A DNA stretch of 64,000 bases. Origin: Anaeromyxobacter sp. (GTDB taxonomy: Bacteria; Myxococcota; Myxococcia; Myxococcales; Anaeromyxobacteraceae). The translations under genes and the position numbers were made by a program. The notes beneath the pieces are model-generated. The model saw only the letters and a program-made list of their open reading frames with translations. It searched no databases and had not been told where the DNA came from. The DNA is taken from contig JASGJN010000022.1 in the NCBI GenBank assembly GCA_049840735.1, forward strand, positions 96,001 through 160,000, read 5' to 3'. Positions 44,224 through 55,823 of the stretch are shown here, in pieces; the stretch's first letter is position 1, and each line of letters starts with the position of its first letter.

Positions 44224-45366
44224 TCACCCCCTGGCCCGCTGCCACCAGCCCAGCTCCACCAGGCCGCCGTCGTACCCCCGCCAGGCCACCGGGCGATCGC
44301 CGGCAGCGGGGCAGGGGTGGCGGGCGATCCGCTGCCCCAGCGCGATCTGGTCGCCGCCGCACTCGGGGCAGTGGAACCGCTGCCGCAGGCTGGCCTCCTC
44401 GTCCGCGGAGATGGGGGCCTCGGGATTCCCCCTGCATCCTTCAGCGGGGTAGGGGCGTGCCTGGCCGGGGGGTGGATCGCCCACGGCGCGCAGCAGGCCG
44501 CGCGCCCGGTAGGCCTCCAGCTCGGCCAGCTGGGCGGCCTCGCCGCCCTTGTCGCGATCCTGATCGGCCCGGGACTGGGCCTGGCAGGCCGGGCAGGGCG
44601 GGAAGGCCAGGCTGCGCAGGCAGGCGATGGCCACGCCGTCGCCGTCCGGCTGCTCCCACGGCTCGGCCGCGTCGATCTCGACCGCCGGCACCCCGGCCGC
44701 CGTGAGCGCGGCCTCCTTCTCGGCGTCCACGGCGTGCGTGACCAGCACCTCGAAGGCCAGCGCCGGCGCGCCGCCCTTCATGATCAGGACGTCGGCCCGG
44801 AGGGCGCCTACCGCGCCCTCCGGCACGGCCCAGTCGCCTTCGCTGGCCAGGTCGCGCGGCGCCAGCCGCCGGCAGCGCGGGCAGCGCGAGAGCACGGTGA
44901 CCCGGCGCCGCCCCGCGAACGCGTCGGCGCAGAGCCCCAGCAGCCGCTCCTTGGCGTCGAGGTGGAGCGCGGTCTCCGGCGCGGTCAGCGGGCAGGAGGA
45001 GCCGGCGCGGTGGGCGAAGTGGCGGGCGCGGACCTCGCCCAGGTGCGGGATCAGCTCCTCGCCGCAGCCGAGGCAGGTGAAGGGGGCGCGGGCCCGGCGG
45101 TCGAGCGGGCCGAGGCGTTTGGCGTGGACCTTCTGGCCGTCCTTGTCGAGCGCCCAGGCCAGCTGGACGTCGCCCTGGAGGGCGCGGGGCGCTCGCGGGC
45201 CGTGCTCGTCCTTCGACTCGGCGCCGGCTGCCCGCGGAGCGGCGCCGGTCGGCCCCTGGCCTTCGACTTCGGGCCGCTGCGCGGCCCTACGCTCAGGCCG
45301 AACGGGGCTGGGACGCTGCTTGGATGGTGTTCCGGGGTGCTTCACCGGTGTGCGGCGGCGGCGCAT
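44224..45366 (-). CDS. CoiA-like protein with Zn ribbons and PD-(D/E)xK-like region
   Basis: FTCLGCGEEL...HFAH...C...ETALH, RADVL...AFEV.VTH, further CxxC pairs; TAGACT 8 nt upstream of ATG. Confidence 0.75.
   Translation of the reverse strand: MRRRRTPVKHPGTPSKQRPSPVRPERRAAQRPEVEGQGPTGAAPRAAGAESKDEHGPRAPRALQGDVQLAWALDKDGQKVHAKRLGPLDRRARAPFTCLGCGEELIPHLGEVRARHFAHRAGSSCPLTAPETALHLDAKERLLGLCADAFAGRRRVTVLSRCPRCRRLAPRDLASEGDWAVPEGAVGALRADVLIMKGGAPALAFEVLVTHAVDAEKEAALTAAGVPAVEIDAAEPWEQPDGDGVAIACLRSLAFPPCPACQAQSRADQDRDKGGEAAQLAELEAYRARGLLRAVGDPPPGQARPYPAEGCRGNPEAPISADEEASLRQRFHCPECGGDQIALGQRIARHPCPAAGDRPVAWRGYDGGLVELGWWQRARG
45255..45305 (+). repeat. REP-like element lying inside the CoiA-like reading frame
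   Basis: CCTGGCCTTCGACTTCGGGCCGCTGCGCGGCCCTACGCTCAGGCCGAACGG (51 bp). Confidence 0.85.
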
Positions 45367-45511
45367 CGGCGGGCAGTCTACCCGAGGCGGCCTGCATCCC
45401 CGCCCGGGGTCCTGCGGAGCGCCGCCGGGCCGGGTAGGTCAGGGGCTCACCCTGGATGGACAGCGACGCCCCGCAGGCCAGCGGCCGCGGGCGCGCGAGG
45501 AGGAGGCAGCC

Positions 45512-45967
45512 ATGGCGCTCGAGGTGGGCAAGAAGGCCCCGGACTTCACGCTCCTGGACGAGAACGAGGAGAAGGTGAAGCTCTCGCACTTCAAGGGGAA
45601 GCGGGTGGTGGTCTTCTTCTATCCGAAGGCCAACACGCCGGGCTGCACGCAGGAGTCCTGCGACTTCCGCGACGAGGTGGACGCGTTCAAGAAGCAGGAC
45701 GTCGTGGTGCTGGGCATCTCCAAGGACTCGCCGGCCGCGCAGCGCAAGTTCAAGGAGAAGTACGAGCTGCCGTTCCCGCTCCTCTCCGACGAGGGCCTGG
45801 AGGTGCACAAGGCCTGGGGCGTGTGGGGCAAGAAGAACATGTACGGCAAGATGGTGGAGGGGACCATCCGGACCACGGTGCTCATCGGCGCCGACGGCAA
45901 GGTGGAGAAGATCTTCCCCAAGGTGAAGGTGGACGGGCACGTGGCGGACGTGCTCGAGAGCCTGTAG
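45512..45967 (+). CDS. bcp: Thioredoxin-dependent thiol peroxidase (BCP/PrxQ)
   Basis: FYPKANTPGCTQESCDFRD. Confidence 0.95.
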   Translation: MALEVGKKAPDFTLLDENEEKVKLSHFKGKRVVVFFYPKANTPGCTQESCDFRDEVDAFKKQDVVVLGISKDSPAAQRKFKEKYELPFPLLSDEGLEVHKAWGVWGKKNMYGKMVEGTIRTTVLIGADGKVEKIFPKVKVDGHVADVLESL

Positions 45968-46013
45968 GCTCGCGCCGCCTCGCCCTGGCCTTTCCGCGGG
46001 GAGGCCCCTGACA

Positions 46014-47828
46014 ATGCCCAAGCGTCCCCCGCGTCGTCCCTCCTCGCCGTCTGCTTCTTCCCGCCCGCGCGCCGCGGGACCGTCGCGTCCCGCCGGCCGC
46101 CCTGCGGCCCGCCCGGCGTCCGCGTCCGCCGCGCCGCGGCCGGAGCGGCCGCAGCGCCAGCCGCACACCGGCAAGCCGCGCCCGGTCCCGGCCGCAACGC
46201 CGGGCGCGCGGCCGCGCACGCGGACCTCGGAGGACTACGAGCGCGAGCAGGCGGCGCGGCCGTCGCGCGAGCGGCCCTGGCCGGACGTCCGCGAGGAGCG
46301 CGGCGGGCGGGAGCGGCCGGAGGGGCGCCGGCCCCGCGCCGGCGGCGAGCGGGCCGGCGGCGAGCGGCGCGAGCGCGGCGCGGGTGAGCGCAGCGGCCGC
46401 GGTCCGGGCGAGCGCTGGGAGCGGGCGGCGGGGCAGCGGGATCGCCGCCCAGAGCGCCGGCCGCAGCGGGCCCGGGGCGGCACGCCCGGCAACCGCCCGC
46501 CGCGCGAGGACGTGGTCGACGCGGTGGTGCTGGAGGTCTACGGCCTGGTCCACGACCAGGGCTGGCTGGCCGACCGCGCGCTGGAGCGGGTGCTGCGGCG
46601 CGAGCGGAAGATGTGGTCCAGCGAGCGGCGGCTGGCGGCCGAGGCGGTCTACGGCCTGCTGCGCGCGCAGGGGCAGCTGGACTTCCTGCTGGGCGGCGCC
46701 GCGCCCGGCGAGGCCGCGCGCGGGCCGGGCGAGGCCGGCCGCGGGGTCGAGCTGGGGATGCGCTACGCCGGCTGGCTGGTCCGCTCCGGCGGCGCGACCG
46801 CGGAGGACGCGGCCCGGCGGCTGGTGGTGCCGGCCGCGCCGCTGCGCGGGCTGGCCGGCGCCGAGACGCGCATCGCCGCGGTGAAGGATCCGGTGGCGCG
46901 GCTGGCGGTGGAGGGCTCCATCCCGCGCTGGATCGCCGAGCGGTTCGTGGCCGAGCTGGGCCAGGAGGAGGCGCGGCAGCTGGTGGGCGTGCTCAACGCG
47001 CGCGCGCCGCTCACGGTCCGGGCCAACGCGCTCCTGGGCGACCGCGAGGCGCTGCGGGCCAGGCTGCAGGAGGAGGGCGTGGGGGCCGAGCCCACCCCGC
47101 TCTCGCCCTGGGGGCTGACGCTGGACGGCCACCAGAACGCCTTTGCGCTGAAGTCCTTCCAGGAGGGCTGGTTCGAGATCCAGGACGAGGGCAGCCAGCT
47201 CATCGCGCTGGCGGCCGGCGCGCGGCCGAACAAGGTGGTGGTGGACGCCTGCGCCGGCGCGGGCGGCAAGTCGCTGGCCCTGGCCGCGGAGATGCATAAC
47301 AAGGGGACGCTCTGGGCGCTCGACTCCGACGCCGGGCGGCTCTCCGAGGCGCGCCGCCGCTCGGCCCGCGCCCACGTCGACAACCTGCGCACCCGCCCCA
47401 TCCCCGCCGGCGCCGAGGCGGCCGACGCCATCGCCGACCTGGCCGGCCAGGCCGCGGTGGTGCTGGTGGACGCGCCCTGCAGCGGCCTGGGCACGCTGCG
47501 CCGCAAGCCGGACGCGCGCTGGCGGCTCAAGCCGGAGGACCCGCAGCGCTTCGCGGCGCTGCAGCGCGAGCTCCTGGCCCGCTTCGCGAAGCTGCTCGCG
47601 CCCGGCGGCCGGCTGGTCTACGCCACCTGCGCCATGGGCCGGACCGAGAACGGCGACGTGGCCGACTGGGCGGTGAAGGAGCTGGGCCTCGCGGCCGCGC
47701 CGCTCGCCGCCACGCTGGGCGCGGCGCGCGCCGCGGCGGCGGGGGCGGCGGAGAACCAGCTGGAGCTGTTCCCGCACCGGCACGGCACGGACGGCTTCTT
47801 CATGGCCGCCTTCACCAGGCCGAGGTAG
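46014..47828 (+). CDS. RsmB/NOP family RNA m5C methyltransferase with Arg-rich N-terminal extension
   Basis: QDEGSQL, DACAGAGGKS, LVDAPCSGLG, LVYATC, TDGFF. Confidence 0.9.
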   Translation: MPKRPPRRPSSPSASSRPRAAGPSRPAGRPAARPASASAAPRPERPQRQPHTGKPRPVPAATPGARPRTRTSEDYEREQAARPSRERPWPDVREERGGRERPEGRRPRAGGERAGGERRERGAGERSGRGPGERWERAAGQRDRRPERRPQRARGGTPGNRPPREDVVDAVVLEVYGLVHDQGWLADRALERVLRRERKMWSSERRLAAEAVYGLLRAQGQLDFLLGGAAPGEAARGPGEAGRGVELGMRYAGWLVRSGGATAEDAARRLVVPAAPLRGLAGAETRIAAVKDPVARLAVEGSIPRWIAERFVAELGQEEARQLVGVLNARAPLTVRANALLGDREALRARLQEEGVGAEPTPLSPWGLTLDGHQNAFALKSFQEGWFEIQDEGSQLIALAAGARPNKVVVDACAGAGGKSLALAAEMHNKGTLWALDSDAGRLSEARRRSARAHVDNLRTRPIPAGAEAADAIADLAGQAAVVLVDAPCSGLGTLRRKPDARWRLKPEDPQRFAALQRELLARFAKLLAPGGRLVYATCAMGRTENGDVADWAVKELGLAAAPLAATLGAARAAAAGAAENQLELFPHRHGTDGFFMAAFTRPR

Positions 47829-47832
47829 CGCC

Positions 47833-48667
47833 GTGCCGGAGCTGCCGGAGGTCGAGTACGCCGCGCGCTGCCTGCGCCGCTGGACGGCGGGGCGCTGGAT
47901 CGAGGGGGTCGAGGTCGATCCGCGCGGCAAGCGGATCCTGCGCCCGGTCACGGCGCGCGCCTTCGCGGCCGAGCTGGTGGGGGCGCGCTTCGAGGCCATC
48001 CGCCGGGTGGGCAAGAACCTGCTCATCCAGCTGCAGCGCCCCAGCGGCCGGCCCACGGGCCTGTTCGCGCACCTGGGCATGACCGGCAAGTGGCTGCGCA
48101 CGGCGGCCGGCGAGCCGCCGCCGCGCCACGCCCGCGCCAGCTTCGCGCTCGACGACGGCAGCGCGCTGCACTTCAACGACCCGCGCCTCTTCGGCCGGCT
48201 CTGCCCGGTGCCGGGCGCCCGCTTCGAGGCGCTGCCGGCGCTGCAGGGGCTGGGGCCGGATCCGCTCGAGGACGGCATCGACCCGGCGCGGCTGCAGGCC
48301 GGCCTCGCGCGCACGAAGCTGCCGGTCAAGGTGAAGCTGCTCGACCAGCGGCTCCTGGCCGGCGTGGGGAACATCCACGCCAGCGAGGCCTGCCACCGCG
48401 CCCGCATCGACCCGCGCCGGGCCGCCCGCACGCTCACGCTGCCGGAGGTGAAGCGGCTCTCGGGGGCCATCCTGGCCTCGTTCCGGATGACGCTCCAGGC
48501 CGAGGACGGCCCGGGAGATCGTCTACGTCGAGGAGGGCGGCGAGAACCCGTTCCTGGTCTACGCGCGCGAGGGCGAGCGCTGCCCGCGCTGCCGCGCACG
48601 CGGGAAGATCGAGCGGCTGGTGCAGGCGCAGCGCTCCACGTTCTTCTGCCGGCAGTGCCAGCGGTGA
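47833..48667 (+). CDS. mutM: Formamidopyrimidine-DNA glycosylase (frameshift near 48512)
   Basis: MPELPEVE, HLGMTG, DPRLFG, GVGNI; Zn finger CPRC...FFCRQCQ in the shifted frame. Confidence 0.92.
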
Positions 48668-48711
48668 CCTTCTTCCCGCCGTGCGGGCCGGTCGTCTAGA
48701 CTCGTCTGCCG

Positions 48712-49599
48712 ATGCACCCCGAGGACCTCCCCGCCCTGTCCATCGCCGAGCTGCGCCAGCGGCTGGTGGAGCGCGGCGAGGCGCTCTCCGAGGCCTGCGA
48801 GGCGGCGCTGGAGGCCGACCCGCGGGCGGGCGCGCGGCAGGTGCTCGCCCAGGTGCGCCGGCGTCGCAAGGAGAACCGGGCCGAGGGGCAGCGGCTGCGC
48901 CACCTGCTGCGCTACGAGACCGAGCTGTGGGCGCAGGGCGTGGTCCACATCGCCGGCGTGGACGAGGCCGGCATGGCGCCGCTGGCCGGGCCGGTGGTGG
49001 CCGGGGCGTGCATCCTGCCGCCGGACTACCGGCCGCGCGGGATCGACGACTCGAAGCAGCTCGACCGCGCCGAGCGCGAGCGGCTGGCCGAGGACATCAA
49101 GCGGAACGCCGTCTGCTGGGCCACCGCGCGGGCGGAGGTGGCGGAGATCGACCACCTCAACATCTACCACGCCGGCCTGCTGGCCCTGCGCCGCGCCGTG
49201 CAGGCCCTCGACCGCGCGCCGGGCCACCTGCTCATCGACGCGCGCAAGCTGCCCGAGCTGCGCATCCCGCAGACGCCCATCATCCACGGCGACGCGCTCT
49301 CGCTCACCATCGCGGCCGCGTCGATCCTGGCCAAGACCACCCGCGACGCGCTGATGGCCGAGCTGGACCAGGCGCACCCGGGCTACGGCTTCGCGCGCCA
49401 CAAGGGCTACCCCACCGCCGAGCACTTCGACGCGCTCCGCCGGCTGGGCGCCTGCCCGGTCCACCGCCAATCGTTCCAGCCGGTGCGCGAGGCGCTGGGG
49501 CTCTCGCCGGTGCAGCGCGACCTGTTCGCGGCGGAGGCGCCGGCGGCGGCTACCGGCGCGGGTGAGGGGCCGCCTCGGGACGACCGTTCCGAGGGCTGA
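48712..49599 (+). CDS. rnhB: Ribonuclease HII
   Basis: [27 protein letters not shown]. Confidence 0.95.
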   Translation: MHPEDLPALSIAELRQRLVERGEALSEACEAALEADPRAGARQVLAQVRRRRKENRAEGQRLRHLLRYETELWAQGVVHIAGVDEAGMAPLAGPVVAGACILPPDYRPRGIDDSKQLDRAERERLAEDIKRNAVCWATARAEVAEIDHLNIYHAGLLALRRAVQALDRAPGHLLIDARKLPELRIPQTPIIHGDALSLTIAAASILAKTTRDALMAELDQAHPGYGFARHKGYPTAEHFDALRRLGACPVHRQSFQPVREALGLSPVQRDLFAAEAPAAATGAGEGPPRDDRSEG

Positions 49600-49645
49600 A
49601 GCGGCTCCGCCCGGGTCGCGGCGACCCGGGCCCCACCCTCGACAT

Positions 49646-49674
49646 TTGACCCGGGCGCCAGCAATCGCTACAAC
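49646..49674 (+). promoter_or_regulatory. Sigma70-type promoter of pcnB
   Basis: TTGACC-N17-TACAAC. Confidence 0.5.
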
Positions 49675-49759
49675 CGCCCCCGAGGACGAGCCCGACGGTG
49701 AAGGTGCGTCCCCTCGCCTGGAATCCTTCCGGCCAGGGCGCCCCCCGATCCGGCAACCA

Positions 49760-51442
49760 ATGACAGAGAGAGCCCCGAACCTCGACCGCGCGCTGCAGTA
49801 CGACGACGAACATGATGACGAGGGGCCCCGGCGTCCGCCGCCTGGCCTGGCCCTGGATCCCCCGGAGGATCCGCCCCTCTCCCACCCGCCCGAGATCCCG
49901 GTGGAGCGCCTCGACCCCGAGGCGCTGAAGGTCATCGCCCGGCTGCGCCACATGCACCACCGCGCCTACTTCGTGGGCGGGTGCGTGCGCGACCTGCTGC
50001 TCGGCCACAAGCCCAAGGACTTCGACGTGGCCACCGACGCCCACCCGGGCGAGGTGCGCGCCATCTTCCGGAACTGCCGCCTCATCGGCCGGCGCTTCCG
50101 GCTGGCCCACGTCTACTTCCGCGGCGGCAAGATCATCGAGGTCGCCACCTTCCGGAAGAACCCCACCGAGGTGGCCGAGGACACCGGCGCCGACGACGCC
50201 GACCTGCTCATCACGCGGGACAACGTCTTCGGCACCGCCGAGGAGGACGCCGTCCGCCGCGACTTCACGGTGAACGGCCTCTTCTACGACGTGGCCACCG
50301 GCGAGGTGATCGACTACGTCGGCGGCCGCGCCGACCTCGAGGCGCACCGGATCGCCACCATCGGCGACCCGGAGATCCGCATGCGCGAGGATCCGGTCCG
50401 GATCATGCGCGCGGTCCGCTTCGCGGCCCGGCTCGGCTTCACCATCGCGCCGGACACCTTCGAGGCCACGCGCCGCTCCGCGCCGGAGCTGGCGCGCTGC
50501 GCGCCGGCCCGCGTGCTGGAGGAGATCTTCAAGCTGCTCCGCTGCGGCGGCTCCTCGCGCGCCTTCCAGCTGCTGCGCGCCTGCGGGGCGCTGCCGGTCA
50601 TCCTGCCGGCGCTGGGCGCCGCGCTGGAGGGCTGGGACGAGGCCGGCCGCAAGGGCTTCTTCGCCCACCTGGCGGCGCTCGACCGGCTGGTCCGCTCCGG
50701 CGCCGAGGTCTCCGACGCGGTGCTGCTGGGCGCGCTGGTGATGCACATGGGCACCGAGCGGCCGGAGGTGGCGGTCGAGGGCCGCCCGCACCACCGCGGC
50801 GACTCCGGCGCCGAGACCTTCCTCGACACCCTGGTCTCCTCCTCGCGCCTGCCGCGCAAGGTGGCCGAGCGGGTCCGGCTGGCGCTGCACGCCCAGCGGA
50901 CGCTGAAGGAGCCGGCTCGCAAGCGCCGCGGCCGCGGTCGCGGGCCGGGCGGGCAGTCCTACTTCGTCGATGCGCTCCAGCTGCTGGAGCTCTCGGTCGA
51001 GGCTACCGGGCAGGGCCGGGAGGCGCTGGCGCGCTGGTCCGCGCAGCCGCAGGCCCGCGCCGAGGGCGATCGCGAGGAGCGGCGGGCGCGCCGGCGCGCG
51101 CCGGCCAAGGAGAGCGAGCGCGAGCGCGGGGCCGAGGCGGACGTGCTGGACGAGGCGTCCGAGGTGTCGGTGGCCGAGATCCCCGCGGAGTCCGCGGACC
51201 TGGCCGGCGAGGTCGAGGTCGGGGACGAGGACGACGCCGAGACCGAGGCCGAGGCCGAGGTGGCCGCCTCCGGGCCGGGTGGGAGCCGGGCCGACGGGGC
51301 CGCCGAGGCGGGGGACGCGCCGGGCAACCGCCGCCGGCGTCGCCGCCGCGGGGGACGCCGCCGCCGCCGCAGGGGGGCGGGCGCACCCGGGGGGGATGGC
51401 GCTGCCCCGGCCGTCGCCGGTGACAAGGGATCGCAGGCCTAA
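49760..51442 (+). CDS. pcnB: Poly(A) polymerase I
   Basis: [28 protein letters not shown] (PAP-specific), [16 protein letters not shown]. Confidence 0.92.
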   Translation: MTERAPNLDRALQYDDEHDDEGPRRPPPGLALDPPEDPPLSHPPEIPVERLDPEALKVIARLRHMHHRAYFVGGCVRDLLLGHKPKDFDVATDAHPGEVRAIFRNCRLIGRRFRLAHVYFRGGKIIEVATFRKNPTEVAEDTGADDADLLITRDNVFGTAEEDAVRRDFTVNGLFYDVATGEVIDYVGGRADLEAHRIATIGDPEIRMREDPVRIMRAVRFAARLGFTIAPDTFEATRRSAPELARCAPARVLEEIFKLLRCGGSSRAFQLLRACGALPVILPALGAALEGWDEAGRKGFFAHLAALDRLVRSGAEVSDAVLLGALVMHMGTERPEVAVEGRPHHRGDSGAETFLDTLVSSSRLPRKVAERVRLALHAQRTLKEPARKRRGRGRGPGGQSYFVDALQLLELSVEATGQGREALARWSAQPQARAEGDREERRARRRAPAKESERERGAEADVLDEASEVSVAEIPAESADLAGEVEVGDEDDAETEAEAEVAASGPGGSRADGAAEAGDAPGNRRRRRRRGGRRRRRRGAGAPGGDGAAPAVAGDKGSQA

Positions 51443-51462
51443 ATCCCCGCGAAAACCGCGCC

Positions 51463-51491
51463 TTGACCGACCTCGCGCCGCCCGGTACAAA
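51463..51491 (+). promoter_or_regulatory. Sigma70-type promoter of pyrH-frr
   Basis: TTGACC-N17-TACAAA. Confidence 0.55.
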
Positions 51492-51500
51492 CCGCGGACC

Positions 51501-52277
51501 ATGAGCGAGAAAGCGTCCAGCCCTGAGCGCGCCGCCGGCGGCGCGCCTTCGAAGTCGCGCTACAAGCGGATCCTCCTCAAGCTGTCGGGCGAGGCGCTGA
51601 TGGGCGACGGGAAGTACGGGATCTCGCCCAAGATCCTCTCCAACATCGCCCAGGACGTGAAGGACGTGGTCGACCTGGGCGTCGAGGTCGCGCTCACCAT
51701 CGGCGGCGGCAACATCTTCCGCGGCGTCTCCGGCGCCACCGAGGGGATGGACCGCTCCTCCGCCGACTACATGGGCATGCTGGCCACGGTCATCAACTCG
51801 ATGGCGCTGCAGGACGCGCTCGAGAAGATCGGCGTGCCGACGCGGGTCCAGTCCGCCATCGAGATGCACCAGGTGGCCGAGCCGTACATCCGCCGCCGCG
51901 CCATCCGCCACCTGGAGAAGGGGCGGGTGGTGATCTTCGCCGCCGGCACCGGCAACCCGTACTTCACCACCGACACCGCCGCCTCGCTCCGCGCCATGGA
52001 GATCCACGCGGACGTGCTGCTCAAGGCGACCAAGGTGGACGGCGTCTACACCGACGACCCGAAGAAGAACCCGGCCGCCACGAAGTTCAAGGAGCTGAGC
52101 TACATCGACGTCCTCAAGAAGAACCTGAAGGTGATGGACTCCACCGCCATCAGCCTCTGCATGGACAACGAGCTCCCCATCATCGTGTTCGACTCCACCC
52201 AGCGCGGGAACGTGCGCCGGGTGGTGCTGGGCGAGGAGATCGGGACCACGGTCGGGGGCAGCCCCCGCACCGCGTAG
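51501..52277 (+). CDS. pyrH: UMP kinase
   Basis: [38 protein letters not shown]. Confidence 0.97.
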   Translation: MSEKASSPERAAGGAPSKSRYKRILLKLSGEALMGDGKYGISPKILSNIAQDVKDVVDLGVEVALTIGGGNIFRGVSGATEGMDRSSADYMGMLATVINSMALQDALEKIGVPTRVQSAIEMHQVAEPYIRRRAIRHLEKGRVVIFAAGTGNPYFTTDTAASLRAMEIHADVLLKATKVDGVYTDDPKKNPAATKFKELSYIDVLKKNLKVMDSTAISLCMDNELPIIVFDSTQRGNVRRVVLGEEIGTTVGGSPRTA

Positions 52278-52288
52278 GGAGAAAAGCC

Positions 52289-52851
52289 ATGGGCGTCGCC
52301 GAAGACATCCTCAAGGACCTGCACGACCGCATCAACAGGACCCTGGACCAGCTCCGCCATGACCTCTCGGCGGTGCGGACCGGGCGCGCGTCGCTCCACC
52401 TGCTCGACAACGTCAAGGTGGACTACTACGGCACGCCCACCCCGCTGAACCAGGTGGCCACCCTCTCCGTCCCCGAGGCCCGCCTGATCGTGGTGAAGCC
52501 CTGGGAGAAGAACCTGATCCCGCCGATCGAGAAGGCCATCCGGGACGCCAACCTGGGCGTGAACCCCATGTCCGACAAGGACCTGGTGCGCGTGCCGATC
52601 CCCCGCTCACCGAGGAGCGGCGCAAGGAGATCGTGAAGCAGGTGAAGCACAAGGGCGAGGAGCACAAGATCGCCATCCGCAACGAGCGCCGCGACGCCAA
52701 GGAGCTGATCGAGGCCTCGGAGAAGGACGGCGAGATCGCCGCCGACGAGGCCAAGAAGGCGCTCGAGAAGATGCAGAAGGAGACGGACGACGGCGTGAAG
52801 AAGGTGGACGAGATCATCGCCGCCAAGGAGAAGGACGTGATGCAGGTGTGA
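52289..52851 (+). CDS. frr: Ribosome recycling factor (frameshift near 52601)
   Basis: VRTGRAS...VDYYG..TPLNQVA; LTEERRKE...IRNERRDA in the second frame. Confidence 0.95.
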
Positions 52852-52900
52852 TCGCGGCGGCGCCGCGATCAGGGCCTCGGGCGCCGGCCTCAGGCCTCGG

Positions 52901-53113
52901 GTGCCTGGCCTGGGGTACCGCTGGTTGAGCCACCTCCTCCTGTATGGCCCGCTGCTCGCGCTCGGCTTCGCCGCCGGCGCGCTCCGGGTCCTCGCCCGCC
53001 GCCCCGGCCTCGCGCCGCGGCGGCGGCGCTCGCTTCAGGCGGCCTGGGTGCTGCTCTTGCTGGCGGGCGTGCCGCTCTGGCTGGTGCTGGCGGCGGTGCT
53101 GCGGGTGGGGTGA
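52901..53113 (+). CDS. Small hypothetical membrane protein
   Basis: Two hydrophobic helices, fills the intergenic gap. Confidence 0.45.
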   Translation: MPGLGYRWLSHLLLYGPLLALGFAAGALRVLARRPGLAPRRRRSLQAAWVLLLLAGVPLWLVLAAVLRVG

Positions 53114-53132
53114 GCTGGGCTGGGCTCGCCCG

Positions 53133-55634
53133 CTAGCGGCCGCCGCCGGTGCGCGCCAGCGCGGCGCGCGCGGCCTTCACGATGGGCAGCCCGGGATCGG
53201 CGCCGGCCAGCTCGGCCTGGAGCCGCGCCAGCTCCTCGCGCGCCTCGGAGGTGAACCCCTGCCACTCCAGCGCCGCCGCCAGCAGCAGCCGCGCGCGCGG
53301 ACGGGGGAGCGCGAAGCCGTCGTGCAGGTCCAGGAAGCGGTGCAGCGCGGCCGCGGCCAGCGCGGGGTCGCCCTGATCGGCGTGCAGCTGGCCAAGCAGG
53401 AAGTCGGCCAGCGGCTCGGCGTGCTGGGCGCGCACCCGCTGCAACGCCTGGACCGCGCCAGGCGCGTCGCCGCGCTTCCACTGCAGCACGGCGTCGCAGA
53501 GCAGCCGCTCGCGGCCGGCGGTCCCGCGGCAGGCCTGGACGGCCTGGGCGTAGCCGGCAGCGGAGGCCACCAGGGCCGGCTGCGGACCGGCCGGCCAGCG
53601 CGCGCCGGCCTGGGCCGCGCGGAGCCAGGCCTCCGCGGCGCCGGCGTCGTCGCCGGAGGCGTAGCGCGCGGCCCCCTCCAGCGCGAGCGGCAGCCCGGCC
53701 GCCGCCAGCGTCCCGGTCAGCGTCCCGGAGAGGCGCCGCAGCTCCGCGGCCCGGCCGCGCGCCGCCAGCCCGCGCGCCAGCTCCCACTGCGCCCGCTGCC
53801 GGGTGGCCGGCTCCTGCTCCTCCGCCGTCCAGCGGCGCAACACGCGCTCCGCCTCGGCGGCGGCGCCGCCGTCCTGCAGCACCGAGGCGAGCCGCCAGGA
53901 GACCTGGAGCGAGAGCGTGCTCTCCCCGGCGGCGGCGCGGCGGGCCTGCTGCATCGCCTCCTCGGCGTCGCCGCGCATGGCGTGGGCCAGGGCCAGGTAG
54001 ACCTGGCTGGCCGGCGTGGGGCGCAGGGCCACCGCATCCTGGGCCCGCCGCACCAGCTCGTCGGCGCGCCCCCACACGCCCAGCGCGTGCCAGGCCTGGA
54101 AGCGGCGGTCCAGGGCCGGGAGGTGGCCGGGGTCGAGCTCCAGCGTCTGGCGGTAGCTCTCGGCCGCGCCCCACAGGTCGCCGCGCTCGGCCGCCGCCTC
54201 GCCGGCCAGGAAGGTGATCTCCCGGTCGTCGGGGTAGGCGGCCACCAGCGCGTCGAAGCGGCGGCGGTCCTCCTCCGCGGCCGCCTGCTGCGCCCGCGGG
54301 GTGGTGGCCTGGCGGGCGTCGGCCGCCCGGGCCCGGAGCGCCGCCAGGAGCCGCTGCTCGCGCTCGGGCAGCGCCGCGGCCCAGGCCGGCAGGTCCTCGG
54401 CGGCGATCGCCTCCGGCGCGTCGCCCAGCAGCGTCAGCTGGAACCGGACCGCGGCCGAGCCGGGGTCGAAGGTGAGCGCCTGGCGCAGCAGCCGGCGCGC
54501 CTGGGGGACGTCGTGACCTTCCGTGAACGCGGCGCGGGCGCGCTGGGTGAGGGAGAAGGCGCTGGCGCGGGCCCGAGGCTCGACCGGGCCGGCGGCCGGT
54601 GAGGCGGGGCCGGGGGCGGGGGGCGCGGCGCGGCGGGACCAGAGCGCGGCGCCGCCGGCCAGCGCGAGCAGGAGGACCAGCGCGGCGGCCGCGGCCCCGG
54701 CGCGGCGCGCGGGCCGGCGGGGAGCGGGGCGGGGCAGCGCCAGCAGCGCCTGGAGCACCGCGGCGCCGTCGCGTGGGCGCCGCTCCGGCTCCGCCGCGCG
54801 CATCCGGAGCGCCAGCGCCCCCAGCGCGGGCGGGCCGGGCAGGGGCGGCTCCGGGCGCGCCTGGGCGGGCGCGGGGGGCGCGCCGGCGACGGTGGAGGCC
54901 TGGCCGGGCAGCGCGCCGCTGAGCATGCGGTGGAGCATGACCCCCAGCGCGTAGACGTCCGAGCGCTCGTCCTCCGGCTCGCCGCGCTGCTGCTCCGGCG
55001 CCATGTAGGCGGGCGTGCCGCCCACGGCCCGGTGGCGGCCCAGCGCCAGCGCCAGGCCGAAGTCCACCACCTTCACCTGGCCGTCGTCGCAGAGGAACAC
55101 GTTCTCCGGCTTGAGGTCGCGGTGGATGACGCCGTGCCCGTGGGCGTGGGCCACGCCCCGGGCCACCTCGGTGGCGACGCGGAGCGCCTCGAGCGGCGGC
55201 AGCGGCCCGTCCGCGGCGAGCCGCGCCGCCAGCGACCGGCCGCGCAGCAGCTCCATCACGAGGTAGGGGCCCTTCTCGCAGCGCCCGGCGTCGAAGAGCG
55301 TGACGAGGTTGGGGTGCGAGAGCTGCGCGGCCGCCTCGGCCTCCCGGACCAGCCGCTCCTCCTGCACCTCCGGCCGGCCCCCGGCGCGAACCGACTTGAA
55401 GGCCACCGACCGGGAGAGCTCGCGGTCGCGCGCCTCGAAGACCACGCCGAAGCCGCCGCGGCCGATCTCGCGCACCAGCTCGAAGCGCTCCGCGACCACG
55501 TCGCCGGCGCGCAGGCCGCCGGCCCAGTCGCCCTCGAGCGCCTCCTCGGGCAGGAAGGCGAGCTCGGACAGGAGCCGCGTCAGGGCTCCCCGCGCGACGC
55601 CTTCGCGCGTCCGCTCGACCGGCTCACCGCCCAA
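53133..55634 (-). CDS. Hanks-type Ser/Thr kinase with TM helix and TPR-like C-terminus
   Basis: [42 protein letters not shown]. Confidence 0.93.
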   Translation of the reverse strand: MGGEPVERTREGVARGALTRLLSELAFLPEEALEGDWAGGLRAGDVVAERFELVREIGRGGFGVVFEARDRELSRSVAFKSVRAGGRPEVQEERLVREAEAAAQLSHPNLVTLFDAGRCEKGPYLVMELLRGRSLAARLAADGPLPPLEALRVATEVARGVAHAHGHGVIHRDLKPENVFLCDDGQVKVVDFGLALALGRHRAVGGTPAYMAPEQQRGEPEDERSDVYALGVMLHRMLSGALPGQASTVAGAPPAPAQARPEPPLPGPPALGALALRMRAAEPERRPRDGAAVLQALLALPRPAPRRPARRAGAAAAALVLLLALAGGAALWSRRAAPPAPGPASPAAGPVEPRARASAFSLTQRARAAFTEGHDVPQARRLLRQALTFDPGSAAVRFQLTLLGDAPEAIAAEDLPAWAAALPEREQRLLAALRARAADARQATTPRAQQAAAEEDRRRFDALVAAYPDDREITFLAGEAAAERGDLWGAAESYRQTLELDPGHLPALDRRFQAWHALGVWGRADELVRRAQDAVALRPTPASQVYLALAHAMRGDAEEAMQQARRAAAGESTLSLQVSWRLASVLQDGGAAAEAERVLRRWTAEEQEPATRQRAQWELARGLAARGRAAELRRLSGTLTGTLAAAGLPLALEGAARYASGDDAGAAEAWLRAAQAGARWPAGPQPALVASAAGYAQAVQACRGTAGRERLLCDAVLQWKRGDAPGAVQALQRVRAQHAEPLADFLLGQLHADQGDPALAAAALHRFLDLHDGFALPRPRARLLLAAALEWQGFTSEAREELARLQAELAGADPGLPIVKAARAALARTGGGR

Positions 55635-55823
55635 TGCGACCTCCGTCCGGGCAGCTTAGACGGGCGGAGCGGATTGGCAAGCGGGCGGGGGCGCGGTGGG
55701 TGCGGGCCGTGGTGGGAGGCGGTGCGTGCGGGAGGTGGGGGCGGTGGGGGGTGGGGCGGCCGCGGTGCACGGGGAGGCGCGCAGCAGCGGGCGGCGGGTT
55801 CGCCGGACGGTGTAAGGTGGGGC

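Noticed and set aside
52595..52615. Programmed frameshifting in frr and other split genes
   Set aside because: No slippery heptamers; indels are scattered, often in homopolymers, consistent with sequencing error
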